Below are positions 8,937 to 19,296 of a DNA stretch of 64,000 nt, piece after piece. Both the position numbers and the translations under genes were made by a program. The stretch's first letter is position 1. The number at the start of each line of letters is the position of its first letter. The notes beneath the pieces are model-generated. The model searched no databases. It saw only the letters and a list, made by a program, of their open reading frames with translations, and was not told where the DNA came from. Location: NCBI GenBank assembly GCA_963843375.1, contig CAWJKT010000011.1:32001-96000 (forward strand), read 5' to 3'. This stretch comes from an uncultured Pseudomonadota bacterium (lineage in GTDB: Bacteria > Oederibacteriota > Muellerivitia > Muellerivitales > Muellerivitaceae).

Positions 8937-9932
8937 ATGTTTTCCATTTTTAAATGGTTCAGTTTTTTTCTTATGGGACTTTCTTGCTTCGCCCCCCTCT
9001 TGGCGGATCCACTTTCATTCCTCCAATTGCAACTGGATGTTCCTTTGACCGGAGGCACTTCCCGGTTTGACCACCAGGCTTTCGATACGGATACCGGTAC
9101 GCTCTTCATCGCCCATATGGGAGCCGGACAAATCATCGTTTACAACACGAAAACAGGCAAAGTGGAAGCAACCCTGGCGGGTTATCCTGGCGTGACGGGA
9201 TTGCTCTATGTTCCCGAATTGCATTATCTTTACGCCGGTGTTACCCGTTTGCACCAAGTGGCGGTGATCGATACCCGACGATTGCGGGAAGTGGCCCGGA
9301 TTCCAGCCGGACATTATCCCGATGGAATGGCCTATGTGCCCGACACCCACGAGCTTTATGTTTCGGATGAGATTGGTGGGGAAGAAACGGTCATCGACGT
9401 GGTCAAGAACCGTCGGGTGGCTTCGATTCCGGCCGGGGGCCAGGTGGGCGATACCCGCTATGATCCCAACAGCCACCTGGTTTTAGTGAACGGCCAGACC
9501 AAGAATGAACTGATCGCCATCGACCCCCGAACCCGCAAGATCGTGAACCGCCATCCCCTTCACGCCGGAAAACATCCCCATGGGCTTTACGTGGATTCCA
9601 ATTCCCATCTGGCTTTCATCGGTTGTGCCGGGGATGGCAAACTGGTGGTCATGGATTTGAATAATTTTCAGGAAACGGGGGTGTCGGACCTCGGCAAAGA
9701 CCCGGATGGGCTAACATTTGATCCCCAATTGGGATACCTTTATGTTGCTTCCGAATCTGGAGTGGTTTCCCTATTCCGGGTTCGCGACCGAAAGGTCGAA
9801 AAGATCGGTGATTTTCCCGTGGGTCGAAACGCCCACTCGGTTGCGGTGGATCCCCAAACCCACTTCGCTTATTTCCCCCTCCTGAAGGTTAACAAAGGAC
9901 CGGTTCTGAGGATCATGAAGCCCGCTCAATAA
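8937..9932 (+). CDS. secreted YncE/YVTN-type beta-propeller protein
   Basis: Signal peptide; repeated blades (VAVID...IPAGHYPDG, GKHPHGL, GKDPDGL, AHSVAVDP). Confidence 0.8.
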   Translation: MFSIFKWFSFFLMGLSCFAPLLADPLSFLQLQLDVPLTGGTSRFDHQAFDTDTGTLFIAHMGAGQIIVYNTKTGKVEATLAGYPGVTGLLYVPELHYLYAGVTRLHQVAVIDTRRLREVARIPAGHYPDGMAYVPDTHELYVSDEIGGEETVIDVVKNRRVASIPAGGQVGDTRYDPNSHLVLVNGQTKNELIAIDPRTRKIVNRHPLHAGKHPHGLYVDSNSHLAFIGCAGDGKLVVMDLNNFQETGVSDLGKDPDGLTFDPQLGYLYVASESGVVSLFRVRDRKVEKIGDFPVGRNAHSVAVDPQTHFAYFPLLKVNKGPVLRIMKPAQ

Positions 9933-10495
9933 ATGTAAGGGATAAGTTTTTTGACCTTTTTGGAATAGACCGCATAGCCATCCCCAAAATGAGATAGCAG
10001 GTAGCTTTCCTCTTGGCCCGTTTTCCGGATCATAGCGAAAGTTAAAAGGCACACACCCAAAAGGTTCCCAACATGGCCCACGGTCAGGGCGGCGCCCAGG
10101 AGGCCGGTTAAGATACCGGTATACATGGGATGCCGTGCCAGGGCATAAGGACCACTTTGTATAAGTTCGTGGTCCTTCTTCAAGGTTACGGTGCCGCTCC
10201 AATTTCCTCCCAAAGTGATACGCGCCCAAAGGCAGAATAGAATTCCCAGGGCGCAAACCCCAACCCCAAAGAAACCAAAAAAAATGGAGAAAGGGAGAAT
10301 TGGAAAACCCAGGAAACCCCATGAATTAAATGGCGAGAAAGCCGCCCAAAAGGAGGTCGCGAGCATGGCGACATGAACAGCCCGTTCTGCATAAGATTGG
10401 CGTTTCACGACCTTCTTCACCCTCAGAGCAGCCCAAAACATATAAACACTGAATGTCGCGAAAATAACCACACAGATTTTCGTAAAGAGGTTCAA
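9926..10495 (-). CDS. isoprenylcysteine carboxyl methyltransferase family membrane protein
   Basis: LGGNWS, HELIQSGPYALARHPMYTG, EESYL...FGDGY. Confidence 0.9.
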   Translation of the reverse strand: MNLFTKICVVIFATFSVYMFWAALRVKKVVKRQSYAERAVHVAMLATSFWAAFSPFNSWGFLGFPILPFSIFFGFFGVGVCALGILFCLWARITLGGNWSGTVTLKKDHELIQSGPYALARHPMYTGILTGLLGAALTVGHVGNLLGVCLLTFAMIRKTGQEESYLLSHFGDGYAVYSKKVKKLIPYIY

Positions 10496-10514
10496 CAGTC
10501 TCCTCCCGTCGGGG

Positions 10515-11117
10515 TTAAAAACCGCTCAAGTAAGGAAGCTTTCGAGCCACCTCGGCGGTCTTGGCCGCGTTGCCCAATAGAATTCCCGTCGAATCCCAGG
10601 TGCCGTTGACTAGGGCGTTACGCTTGCTCTCGTGAATCTCGAATTTCAAATGTTCCTTTCCTTCGCTCAAAAGAACCTTTTTTTCCAGATTCAAGATAAA
10701 GTTGGTTTCCGGCTTTGCCTTCACGAGAGACTGCAATTTTTGCATCTCCGCTTGGTTGACGGTGACGGTCGGGATGCCCAACATGGTGCAATTGCCCGCG
10801 AAAATCTCGGCGAAGGATTCACCGATGATGGCCCGGATGCCCCAGCGCATGAGGGCCTGTGGCGCGTGCTCGCGCGAAGACCCGCAGCCGAAGTTCTGGT
10901 TCACGAAGAGGATGTGGGCGCCCTGGAACTGGGTCAGGTCAAAAGGATGTCCCTTCGGTTTTCCCTTGGCATCGAAACGTTCATCGTAAAAAGGATACTT
11001 ACCCATGTTGGTGAAAGTGATTTCCTTTAGGTAACGGGCTGGGATGATCCGGTCCGTGTCGATGTCATTCCCCTCAACAGGCACGGCCTTGCCTTCGATT
11101 TGGGTGATTTTGTTCAT
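10515..11117 (-). CDS. leuD: 3-isopropylmalate dehydratase small subunit
   Basis: [37 protein letters not shown]. Confidence 0.95.
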   Translation of the reverse strand: MNKITQIEGKAVPVEGNDIDTDRIIPARYLKEITFTNMGKYPFYDERFDAKGKPKGHPFDLTQFQGAHILFVNQNFGCGSSREHAPQALMRWGIRAIIGESFAEIFAGNCTMLGIPTVTVNQAEMQKLQSLVKAKPETNFILNLEKKVLLSEGKEHLKFEIHESKRNALVNGTWDSTGILLGNAAKTAEVARKLPYLSGF

Positions 11118-12520
11118 TTCAATACCTCCCTGACATCCGTCACTTTTCCTTCAATCGCCGCCGCCGCCACCATGGCGGGACTCATCAGCATGGTCCGTCC
11201 GTCCTTGCTTCCTTGGCGTCCGATGAAATTGCGGTTGGACGAGGACGCTGAAATTTCCCGGCCCTGCAATTTATCGGGGTTCATAGCCAGACACATGGAA
11301 CAGCCGGCTTGTCGCCATTCGAAACCCGCTTCGGTGAAAATCTTGTCCAGTCCTTCCTTCTCGGCCTGAGCCTTCACTTGCTGGGAGCCTGGAACCACGA
11401 AGGCCCGAACGTTTTTGGAAACTTTGCGGCCTTGAGCCACTTTGGCCGCCTCTCGCAAGTCGGAAATGCGTCCGTTGGTACAACTGCCGATGAAAGCCAC
11501 GTTGATGGGCGTGCCCTTGATGGGCGATCCAGGTTTCAGGTCCATGTGTTTGTAAGCGAGTTCCACCGTTTTCACTTCATCGGCGGAGAACTTGCTTACT
11601 TCGGGAAGCTTGTCGTTCACGCCGACCGACTGGTCGGGGGTAATGCCCCAGGTGACAATGGGCTCAATGTCGGCGGCATCAAAATCAACCATGTCATCGA
11701 ATACCGCGTCCTTATCCGAAGCCACGGATTTCCAATAGGTGACCGCCTTGTTCCATTTGTCCCCGGCGGGAGAGTATTTTCGTCCCTTCAGGTAATCGAA
11801 GGTGGTCTGGTCAGGGTTGACGTAACCCACGCGGGCTCCGCCTTCAATGGCCATGTTGCAAACCGTCATGCGTTCTTCCATGGTCATGTTGTCGAACACG
11901 CTTCCGCCGTACTCATAGGCAAAGCCGATGCCGCCTTTCACCCCTAGTTTCTGGATGATATAAAGGGTCACGTCTTTTGCGGTCACTCCGGGTTTCAGCT
12001 TGCCGTTCACGTTTATGCGGCGTACTTTCAAGGCGTCGAGGCCCAAGCATTGGGTGGCCAACACGTCCCGCACTTGGGTGGTGCCGATACCGAAAGCCAG
12101 GGTCCCAAAGGCCCCGTGGGTCGAGGTGTGGGAATCCCCGCAAGCAATGGTCATGCCTGGCTGGGTCAACCCCATCTCCGGCCCAATGATATGCACGATG
12201 CCCTGGTTACCGGAATTGAAGTCGAAAAAGGGGACGCCGAAATTTTTCACATTCTTCTCGATTGCGCCCATCATCTGTTCGGCCTCGTTATCGACGAAGG
12301 GCCGGGCTTGGCTTTTGGTGGGGACGATATGGTCCACGGTGGCGAAGGTGCGGGCGGGGTAGGCCACCTTCAGGCCCTTTTCCGAGATCATGTCGAAGGC
12401 TTGGGGGCTGGTGACCTCGTGGATCAGGTGAAGGCCGATGAAAAGCTGGTACTGGCCTGTGGGGAGTTTTTCCACCACGTGGGCGTCCCAGACCTTGTTG
12501 TAGAGAGTTCCTTTTGCCAT
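11114..12520 (-). CDS. leuC: 3-isopropylmalate dehydratase large subunit
   Basis: [51 protein letters not shown] overlap with leuD. Confidence 0.97.
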   Translation of the reverse strand: MAKGTLYNKVWDAHVVEKLPTGQYQLFIGLHLIHEVTSPQAFDMISEKGLKVAYPARTFATVDHIVPTKSQARPFVDNEAEQMMGAIEKNVKNFGVPFFDFNSGNQGIVHIIGPEMGLTQPGMTIACGDSHTSTHGAFGTLAFGIGTTQVRDVLATQCLGLDALKVRRINVNGKLKPGVTAKDVTLYIIQKLGVKGGIGFAYEYGGSVFDNMTMEERMTVCNMAIEGGARVGYVNPDQTTFDYLKGRKYSPAGDKWNKAVTYWKSVASDKDAVFDDMVDFDAADIEPIVTWGITPDQSVGVNDKLPEVSKFSADEVKTVELAYKHMDLKPGSPIKGTPINVAFIGSCTNGRISDLREAAKVAQGRKVSKNVRAFVVPGSQQVKAQAEKEGLDKIFTEAGFEWRQAGCSMCLAMNPDKLQGREISASSSNRNFIGRQGSKDGRTMLMSPAMVAAAAIEGKVTDVREVLK

Positions 12521-12603
12521 ATCAACCTCGCTTTTTTTGGAGTGACAAGGTAAGGATAGAGCGTATTCTATTATTTGTAAAAGATATAGTTACTATGTTA
12601 TAA

Positions 12604-12618
12604 ATAGTTAATAACTAT
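12604..12618. promoter_or_regulatory. LysR-type box (ATAG-N7-CTAT) overlapping the lysR start
   Basis: ATAGTT-aat-AACTAT palindrome in the leuC/lysR divergent spacer. Confidence 0.55.
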
Positions 12619-13489
12619 GGAAACACATCAGCTGCGATATTTCCTTGCCGTAGTCCAAGCGGGCCGGTTTACTGCGGCGGCCAGGGCCTGCAATGTAAGC
12701 CAGCCCTCTTTGAGCATCCAGATCGCCAAGCTGGAGGATGAATTGGGCGGTCCCCTTTTCGAGAGAACGAGAAAGGGGGGCAAACTGACGGCCCGGGGAG
12801 AAACATTCCTCCCCAGGGCCAAGGCCATCCTGGAACAGATGGAATCGGCACGGGAGGATGCCAAAGCCCTGTCGGGATTGACCATGGGCAAAGTCAGCTT
12901 GGGTTGCATGCCCACCACCGGCGCCCATTTGCTGCCACCCGTTTTGACCGCTTTTCGAAAGGCCTATCCCAAGATCCAGGTTCAATTAAAAGAGGAATCC
13001 TCACCGGACCTAGCCAAGGATCTGGAGCAGGGGGAAGTGGAACTGGCCATTATGGATGAAGCCGGCTTAAGCTCGACCCTTGCCCATCAAACAATCCTGA
13101 CCGAGGAACTCTTGCTGGCCCTACCCACCAAACACCCCTTGGCGGGAAAAAATTCTTTAACTCTCAAACAAGTGGCGGAGGAACCCTTTATCCTCATGAA
13201 ATCGGGCCATGGTTTCCGCCAGATCACACTGGATTTCTACCAGAAGGCGGGTATTGAACCCAAGGTAGTCTTTGAAAGTGGGGGTATCGAAACAGTCCAA
13301 GCATTGGTGGCGGCAGGATTAGGAATTAGCCTGGTGCCTCAAATGGTGGCCAAGTTTCCCGGGGTGGCCTATTCGGAAATATCCCATCCCAAGGCGGCCA
13401 GGACCTTGTCTCTGGCTTGGCGGAGAAAAGCCCTACTCTCAAACGCGGCGGAAGTCTTGAAGAAGACTATTCTTCAGGTTCTTAAATAA
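12617..13489 (+). CDS. LysR-family transcriptional regulator, divergent from leuCD
   Basis: QLRYFLAV...FTAAARACNVSQPSLSIQIAKLEDELGGPLFER, followed by a substrate-binding domain. Confidence 0.95.
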   Translation: METHQLRYFLAVVQAGRFTAAARACNVSQPSLSIQIAKLEDELGGPLFERTRKGGKLTARGETFLPRAKAILEQMESAREDAKALSGLTMGKVSLGCMPTTGAHLLPPVLTAFRKAYPKIQVQLKEESSPDLAKDLEQGEVELAIMDEAGLSSTLAHQTILTEELLLALPTKHPLAGKNSLTLKQVAEEPFILMKSGHGFRQITLDFYQKAGIEPKVVFESGGIETVQALVAAGLGISLVPQMVAKFPGVAYSEISHPKAARTLSLAWRRKALLSNAAEVLKKTILQVLK

Positions 13490-13559
13490 TTATCCTTAAA
13501 CTCGTCCAGAATCATGTTAGTGAATCCGTTGAAAAAAGTGCCTGTTGCCATGATTCAAC

Positions 13560-13952
13560 TTGGAATCTTATTGGATTCGCCCGAAAATAGTGGAGTTACA
13601 AGAAGAGGACGAATTGAAGAAGAATCACAAAAACCCGGATTGGAAACTCGAGTTGCGCAGGGGAAAGCTCAAAACCCCCTACCGGCATTTCACGGCTATG
13701 GTAGAAGGAATTGCGGGAGAACTGGCCCAAGGCTACTCCTGCCGTCCCGGACGAGCCTTCATGGCCATGAAAACCTGGGCTTCTTCCCCTGATGACGCGA
13801 TCGATATGGTGCGGGCCAAGGGCGGGCAAATCGGATTCGCGCCCACCGGCCATATCCATATTTTTGGCTCCGAACCGGAGCTGCCGCCCAGGGATTACCC
13901 CTACGTTTATGACATGGACTTTACGCCTTTCCTCAACCCCGGCAGCAAATAG
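13560..13952 (+). CDS. hypothetical protein
   Basis: 130-aa ORF filling the gap between co-oriented genes; TTG start uncertain. Confidence 0.5.
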   Translation: MESYWIRPKIVELQEEDELKKNHKNPDWKLELRRGKLKTPYRHFTAMVEGIAGELAQGYSCRPGRAFMAMKTWASSPDDAIDMVRAKGGQIGFAPTGHIHIFGSEPELPPRDYPYVYDMDFTPFLNPGSK

Positions 13953-14073
13953 CGGAAAAAGTTTTTTTCAGTTCAAGATGTTCTTGGGATTTAATTTCGG
14001 TCCCGTCTTGCATTCCCTCAAAGCAACTCTCTAGACTTTCCCGGTCTTTCATCAACAAAGAGCCGGAGGGTTT

Positions 14074-14742
14074 ATGAAATTCGGAATCATTGGATCGGGT
14101 GTAGTCGCACAAACATTGGGAACCAAGCTGGTGGAACTGGGCCATGAGGTTTTCTTAGGTACCCGCGACCCCCAGAAGCTGGACGAGAAAAAAAACATGG
14201 CTGGAAGCCTGAACGAGTGGCTAGTCGCGGTCAAAAATAAAGCCAAGGTCGTTACCTTCAAAGAAGCCGCTGGCCAAGGTGAACTTTTGATTAACGCCAC
14301 CCACGGGCAGGCTTCGGTCGAAGCCCTTCAGTTGGCGGAGGCCGGCAAAGTGGGCTCCAAGTTGCTCATCGATACGGCTAACGAACTGGACTTCAGCAAG
14401 GGTGCACCCCACGCACTGGCTAGCGAGGCCCGGTCGGTGGCGGGAAACATCCAGGCGGCCTTTCCCAATCTCAAGGTGGTGAAATGCTTTAACACCATCG
14501 GGGCACCTGTTATGGTCAACCCTAAGATGCTTCATGGCGGCGACCATACGATTTTCCTCTCCGGAAACGACTCTGGCGCCAAAACGCAGGTAACGGAACT
14601 TCTCAAGTCCTTCGGCTGGACCGATATCCTTGACCTGGGGGACATCTCGGCTGCCCGCGGGCAGGAGATGTACATGGGAATGTGGGTAAGGCTATACGGT
14701 TCTTTGAAGAACGGCATGATCAACATCAAGGTTCAGAGATAA
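14074..14742 (+). CDS. NADP oxidoreductase (F420-dependent/dinucleotide-binding family)
   Basis: GIIGSGVVA Rossmann motif, VVKCFNT, DLGDISAAR; SD GGAGG. Confidence 0.85.
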   Translation: MKFGIIGSGVVAQTLGTKLVELGHEVFLGTRDPQKLDEKKNMAGSLNEWLVAVKNKAKVVTFKEAAGQGELLINATHGQASVEALQLAEAGKVGSKLLIDTANELDFSKGAPHALASEARSVAGNIQAAFPNLKVVKCFNTIGAPVMVNPKMLHGGDHTIFLSGNDSGAKTQVTELLKSFGWTDILDLGDISAARGQEMYMGMWVRLYGSLKNGMINIKVQR

Positions 14743-14770
14743 GAATGCTAAAACAATCAAGGAGGAAGGA

Positions 14771-15433
14771 ATGAGCACGGATCAACGTGTGGATATATTC
14801 ATCAATGTTCATAAGGGATTGCGGCGGGGGCTTTTGGGCTTCGCCCTCAAGATAGGCCAGTTAGATTGGGCGGATGAGGCCGAAGTGAAATCCGTGGGCG
14901 AGGAGTTCAAGAACCTGCTTCATTTCTTGAGGGAGCATGCCGCAAACGAGGACGATATCCAGTTTCCCCTGCTTGAGGAACGAGTTCTGGGAGCTACCTC
15001 CAGGGAGCAAGAAGACCATCGAAAGCTGGAAAAGGAACTGGACCAACTGGAAATGGACTGGTCTCAAGCCCTTCAAAGCCCGGATCGAGAGATCCCGGGT
15101 TACCAGTTCTATATGGGTTTCAACCGGTTCCTTTCCGGATACCTGGCCCACATGGACCGTGAAGAAAATGAAATCACTGGAGCTTTTTACCGGCACTTTT
15201 CCGACGACGAGATCGCGACCGGCTTCAAAAAGATTATCTCCCGCACTTCGGCCCAGGACATGGGAATGATGTTTGGTTTCATGATCCCGGCTATGAACGG
15301 GGAGGAGAGGTTTGTCTTTCTTTCCAACTTGAGAATGACGGCGGCTCCCGAGGTTTTCGGAAAGGTCAAGGGCTTGGCCCAAAAGGTGCTGTCGCCGATA
15401 GATTGGGAAAAACTTTCGGCCCGGTTGGGATGA
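14771..15433 (+). CDS. hemerythrin-domain protein
   Basis: VHKGLRR, HAANED, EDH and HMDREE metal-ligand pattern. Confidence 0.8.
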   Translation: MSTDQRVDIFINVHKGLRRGLLGFALKIGQLDWADEAEVKSVGEEFKNLLHFLREHAANEDDIQFPLLEERVLGATSREQEDHRKLEKELDQLEMDWSQALQSPDREIPGYQFYMGFNRFLSGYLAHMDREENEITGAFYRHFSDDEIATGFKKIISRTSAQDMGMMFGFMIPAMNGEERFVFLSNLRMTAAPEVFGKVKGLAQKVLSPIDWEKLSARLG

Positions 15434-16149
15434 CGGCTTGGGAAGAAACCATGGAACCCCCTACTTACCTTAGCGCGAAAAAGGCTCTGCGCTGCCACAC
15501 CGATCCGAAGAAAGCCAAAGTTTACCGGGGGTTTTTCAAGAACGCCCAAAAGGATATCTTTCTAGGCGTCACCGCGCACCTGATGGACCGGCTTGCTAAA
15601 ACCTTTTGGGAGATGCCCTTGGCCGATGCGCGCCGGTTGATGGCTTCCCGGGTGCACGACGAGCGGTCCTTGGCCAATTCGGTGTTGGTGTTGAAATACC
15701 GGAAAGGCGATGAAAAAACCAAAAACCAGATATTCGATTTCTATATAAAGAACCGAGGCTTTATCCGCAATTGGGACGGGGTTGACGACAGCGCGCCTTA
15801 TATCGTGGGGCCCCACTTATTGGAAAAGGACCGGAAAATCCTCTTTCATTTGGCGGATTCAAAAAGCCTTTGGGACCGTCGCATCGCCATAGTCTCCACC
15901 TGGTGGTTCATCCGGCAAGGCGACACGTCGGATACCTTCAAACTGGCGAAAAAGCTCCTGAAGGATGAAGAAGACTTGATGCACAAGGCCGTGGGTTGGA
16001 TGCTTAGGGAAGCAGGAAAACGGAACCTGGAGGATTTGAAAAAATTCCTGAACCGCCACCACCATGCTATGCCCCGAACCATGTTGCGTTATGCCATCGA
16101 GAAGTTTCCGGAACCCGAACGCAGGAAGTATTTAATCAAAAAAGGATAA
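15430..16149 (+). CDS. DNA alkylation repair protein (AlkD-like)
   Basis: NWDGVD, WDRRIAIVST, HKAVGWMLREAGK, MPRTMLRYAIEK; ATGA overlap with the upstream gene. Confidence 0.9.
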   Translation: MTAWEETMEPPTYLSAKKALRCHTDPKKAKVYRGFFKNAQKDIFLGVTAHLMDRLAKTFWEMPLADARRLMASRVHDERSLANSVLVLKYRKGDEKTKNQIFDFYIKNRGFIRNWDGVDDSAPYIVGPHLLEKDRKILFHLADSKSLWDRRIAIVSTWWFIRQGDTSDTFKLAKKLLKDEEDLMHKAVGWMLREAGKRNLEDLKKFLNRHHHAMPRTMLRYAIEKFPEPERRKYLIKKG

Positions 16150-16371
16150 CTTGTTTTTTGTGGACCGAACCTGTGAGAACTGCTTCGTAAGTCGTCAGCT
16201 ATCCCTTTGAGAATTGCAGGGGTTATTAAAAGCAGGATGATTGGGATTTCAACCGTTTTTCCCATTCGTTTCTTTTGGGATACTTCCTCTCCTTTTTGTG
16301 TCTACTTTCTATTTAAGGCCCCTCGTCCTACCGTCATTCAAGAAGTAAAAAAATTCAGTGGGGAGGAAGAC

Positions 16372-16731
16372 ATGAATATTTTGCTTTGGGTAGTCCAAGG
16401 TTTGTTGGCGGCGGCCTTTTTAATGGCCGGGCAAATGAAGGTTTTTTCCTATGAAAAGTACAAAGCCATGGGAGGCCCCAACACACCCTCCCGGGGATTG
16501 GTCCGATTTATTGGATTAAGCGAAATCGCGGGGGCATCGGGAGTCATCCTTCCCTTGGCAACGGGTGTATTAACATTCCTTACCCCGATAGCGGCCGTGG
16601 CCTTAGCGATCGTGATGGTTCTGGCCCTGGGCTTTCACGCCATGCACAAGGATCCCATCGGTAAACTCGCTCCCGCTTTGGTGTTATTGGCCCTGAGCGT
16701 TTTCGTGGCCTGGGGAAGAATGGAGTATTAA
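16372..16731 (+). CDS. DoxX-family membrane protein
   Basis: MNILLWVVQGLLAAAFLMAGQMK...FIGLSEIAGASGVILP; SD GGAGG. Confidence 0.85.
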   Translation: MNILLWVVQGLLAAAFLMAGQMKVFSYEKYKAMGGPNTPSRGLVRFIGLSEIAGASGVILPLATGVLTFLTPIAAVALAIVMVLALGFHAMHKDPIGKLAPALVLLALSVFVAWGRMEY

Positions 16732-16763
16732 TTTTTTAGTTTGGGATTATTCGGAGATAAAAC

Positions 16764-17768
16764 TTAAGGATTTTTCTGGCGTATGGTTTCCAATGAGAAA
16801 AGGGATTCCAATACCTTCAGGTTGTCCGCCAACCGGGGGTAGTTGCCCCCGCCCTGGTCCTGCAACTCTAAGAGAAGCTGACGGATGATCTCAATATAAC
16901 CTTCCAGCCAGCCCAAGCCGTGAAAAGGGGGCTGGCGCGATCCCAGGTTGTTGTCCTTCCTTGGCAATAAAGTGCGGCTGCCGCCCTTGCCCAACCAGAT
17001 GCCGTCCGGGGCCATGAAATTCCAAGTGGCCGACTGTTGGGTGCCGATGAGGGTGATCTCAAAATCGTTGGTGGTGCCGTGGAAAGTTTTGGAAATGGAG
17101 GCCAAGGCCCGGCGGCCTCCGGAAAATTGCAGGTTCAAGTGAACGTGGGTATCCCGGTGGGAGGCTTCGGCGTTGGCGTAGGACAGCCAAGCCGTTCCCT
17201 TGAAACTGGGTTCGCTCATGAGGAAGGCCGCTGTATCCGCCCAATGGACGCCGATGTCAATGAGGGCGTCGGATCCGCCGCTAAGCGCCGGATCGTTTTT
17301 CCAAGGGTGGGGCTTGGGTGAGGGCTCCAAGGTTTTCTGGGCGGCGGAGGACTGCCAGTAGTGCCCCTCGATGGAAATTAACTCGCCGAACTCCCCGGTT
17401 TCCAGCATTTGTTTCAAGGTTTGAGGCCCCCACATCTGGTGATAGCCGTGGCAGACGGCCACGGGAGTTCGGATTAGTTTCAGGGATTCGATCTCCGTCA
17501 GATTCACGCAGGCGGGTTTTTCCACCACCATGGCCTTAAACCCCGCTTTCTCGCCTTCCAGAATGGATTGGGCATGCAGGCCGTGGGGATTAGCGATGAA
17601 TAGGATGGGGTTGTTAGTCTTAGGGGAAATGTCCGGTTTTTGCTTGCGGCTATGGGGAAGAGTTTCTTGAATGCCCCAGTCTGGATACTGAAGAGAGAGA
17701 ATGGCTAGGCTTTTCTGGAAGGCCTGGCCCGCCATGCCCCGGCCAAGAATGAAGGGGGTGATGGTCAT
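16764..17768 (-). CDS. Gfo/Idh/MocA family oxidoreductase
   Basis: ILGRGMAG, NPHGLH, VEKPA, GGSDALIDIGVHWAD. Confidence 0.85.
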   Translation of the reverse strand: MTITPFILGRGMAGQAFQKSLAILSLQYPDWGIQETLPHSRKQKPDISPKTNNPILFIANPHGLHAQSILEGEKAGFKAMVVEKPACVNLTEIESLKLIRTPVAVCHGYHQMWGPQTLKQMLETGEFGELISIEGHYWQSSAAQKTLEPSPKPHPWKNDPALSGGSDALIDIGVHWADTAAFLMSEPSFKGTAWLSYANAEASHRDTHVHLNLQFSGGRRALASISKTFHGTTNDFEITLIGTQQSATWNFMAPDGIWLGKGGSRTLLPRKDNNLGSRQPPFHGLGWLEGYIEIIRQLLLELQDQGGGNYPRLADNLKVLESLFSLETIRQKNP

Positions 17769-17797
17769 TTAATCCTCATTAAAGTTACTTTTAAAAA

Positions 17798-17887
17798 TGG
17801 CGGAGAGAGAGGGATTCGAACCCCCGTTACGATTGCTCGTAAATCTGATTTCGAGTCAGACGCATTCGACCACTCTGCCATCTCTCC
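17798..17887 (-). tRNA. tRNA-Ser (anticodon CGA), encoded CCA end
   Basis: Minus strand reads GGAGAGATGGCAGAGTGGTCGAATGCG-TCTGA-CT-CGA-AA-TCAGA, long variable arm, GGGGG-TTCGAAT-CCCTC, TCTCTCC-G-CCA. Confidence 0.97.
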
Positions 17888-17889
17888 GG
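17847..17889. repeat. att core copy 1 (43 bp; 5' half of tRNA-Ser plus 2 nt of leader)
   Basis: GATTTCGAGTCAGACGCATTCGACCACTCTGCCATCTCTCCGG, identical to 24410-24452. Confidence 0.95.
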
Positions 17890-17895
17890 ATGTCG

Positions 17896-17919
17896 AAACC
17901 CTTTTGTTTAAAAGGGTTT
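17896..17919. repeat. att-proximal hairpin between the int stop and the tRNA
   Basis: AAACCCTTTT-gttt-AAAAGGGTTT, 10-bp stem. Confidence 0.6.
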
Positions 17920-17932
17920 TACTACTTCTGCT

Positions 17933-19033
17933 TTAGGCCTGGACTACCTGATCGGTGCTCCGTGTCATAACCGTGTCATTCAACCTTTCTACCCGGCTTA
18001 AAGCGGCTTTCCGGTCCTCACGGTCTACCCGGTCATAGCGCCTAAAGACGGCGTAGGTCTTATGACCCGAGATCGACATGGTCACTGTGTCGCTGACCCC
18101 AGCTTTGCGGAGGTTTGTTATAGCGCAATGCCTTAAGTCGTGGAACCTAAAATTCTCGATTCCCGCCTTCCGGCAAGCCGTCCCAAAGCCATTCCTGGGG
18201 TCTTTAACCCGCTTTCCTTGGAAGAAAAACACGTAAGGGCTTCCCAGGGTCCTGGGTATCCGTTGAAACAAGGCTATCAGCCTTTTGTTCAACGGTATTT
18301 CCCGCTTTTCCTGGGTCTTGGTGTCGGCGGCTTCCAGGGTGATGACCTCGTTTTTGAGGTCCACCTGATCCCACCTTAGCCCCAAGATTTCCCCCCGCCT
18401 CATCGCGGTCCAATAAGCCAGTTCCACGATTCTCTGCAAGTGGGGAGGACAGCAGGCCAGCAAAGCCTGGTACTCCTCGGGGGTCAAAGTCCTGTCCCTG
18501 GATTGTTCCTTAAAGTGTTGAAGCCCCAAAATCGGGTTGCGCTCCAACTGCCTGTTTAAAACCGCCCGGCTCACAATGGTTTTCAAACAGGCCACGTCCC
18601 GGTTAAGGGTTGCGTTCTTTAAGGTCTTGCCCGACTTAACCTGGCTTCCTTGTTGCCGCCTTTGAGTCAGGTAGGCGTCCACCAAGTCCACCGTTAAGCT
18701 TTCCAAGGGCCGGGTTCCAAAGTAGGCTCTCAGCCTTTTCACGATCTGAACGTCGTTCCTAAAAGATTTTTTCCGGGCCTTGGAATAGGCCAGGAAGGAA
18801 TCCGCCGCGTCATTGAAACTGACACCCGGCTTATCCACCTCTAGGTATTTCTCGTTCACGACTTCCTGATAGTGTTCGGCCAAAACCTTCTTGGCTTGGG
18901 CTAAAGGGATTTGTCCTAAACGGACCCTTTTGCGCTTTCGCAACCCTCCTTCTTTGACGAAGTAATCTAAAAAATAACCCCCTTCATCCCTTCTTAGATG
19001 TTGGGGTAACCCATGGACATTAGGTTTACTCAT
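17933..19033 (-). CDS. int: tyrosine recombinase / phage-type integrase
   Basis: Complete catalytic set TAMRRGE, KT, FHDLRH, SGHK, RRYD; basic N-terminal arm-binding-like segment; adjacent to att. Confidence 0.95.
   Translation of the reverse strand: MSKPNVHGLPQHLRRDEGGYFLDYFVKEGGLRKRKRVRLGQIPLAQAKKVLAEHYQEVVNEKYLEVDKPGVSFNDAADSFLAYSKARKKSFRNDVQIVKRLRAYFGTRPLESLTVDLVDAYLTQRRQQGSQVKSGKTLKNATLNRDVACLKTIVSRAVLNRQLERNPILGLQHFKEQSRDRTLTPEEYQALLACCPPHLQRIVELAYWTAMRRGEILGLRWDQVDLKNEVITLEAADTKTQEKREIPLNKRLIALFQRIPRTLGSPYVFFFQGKRVKDPRNGFGTACRKAGIENFRFHDLRHCAITNLRKAGVSDTVTMSISGHKTYAVFRRYDRVDREDRKAALSRVERLNDTVMTRSTDQVVQA
17962..17986 (+). repeat. putative integrase arm-type site (tandem GTGTCAT)
   Basis: GTGTCATAACCGTGTCATTCAACCT; 23/25 match to 24214-24238, with an inverted copy at 24058-24076. 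Confidence 0.7.
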
Positions 19034-19296
19034 GAAACCCTCCTAATGTCCCCCTCAGCAAGAGGCATTGTATCAGCACCCCCCATCCCTATGGAAAGGG
19101 GCTTTTGGAAAACCCTTAAAAAAACAGAATGCCAAACCCTAGGATGCCGCCCCATCTTCACGAACGGCAGTTGTCCGGTCAGTCTCCAATGGTGGACGGT
19201 TCTAACCGACACTCCAGCCATTTTGGCCACCTGCTCGTCCGACATAAGATAGTCTTGATTCTGCCCCCGACGGTCACGTCCGCTACGGTTCGTCAT
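19030..19296 (-). CDS. excisionase-like HTH protein
   Basis: YLMSDEQVAKMAGVSVRTVHHWRLTGQLPFVKMGRHPRV (HTH_17/MerR-like); SD AGGAGG; ATGA overlap with int. Confidence 0.8.
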   Translation of the reverse strand: MTNRSGRDRRGQNQDYLMSDEQVAKMAGVSVRTVHHWRLTGQLPFVKMGRHPRVWHSVFLRVFQKPLSIGMGGADTMPLAEGDIRRVS

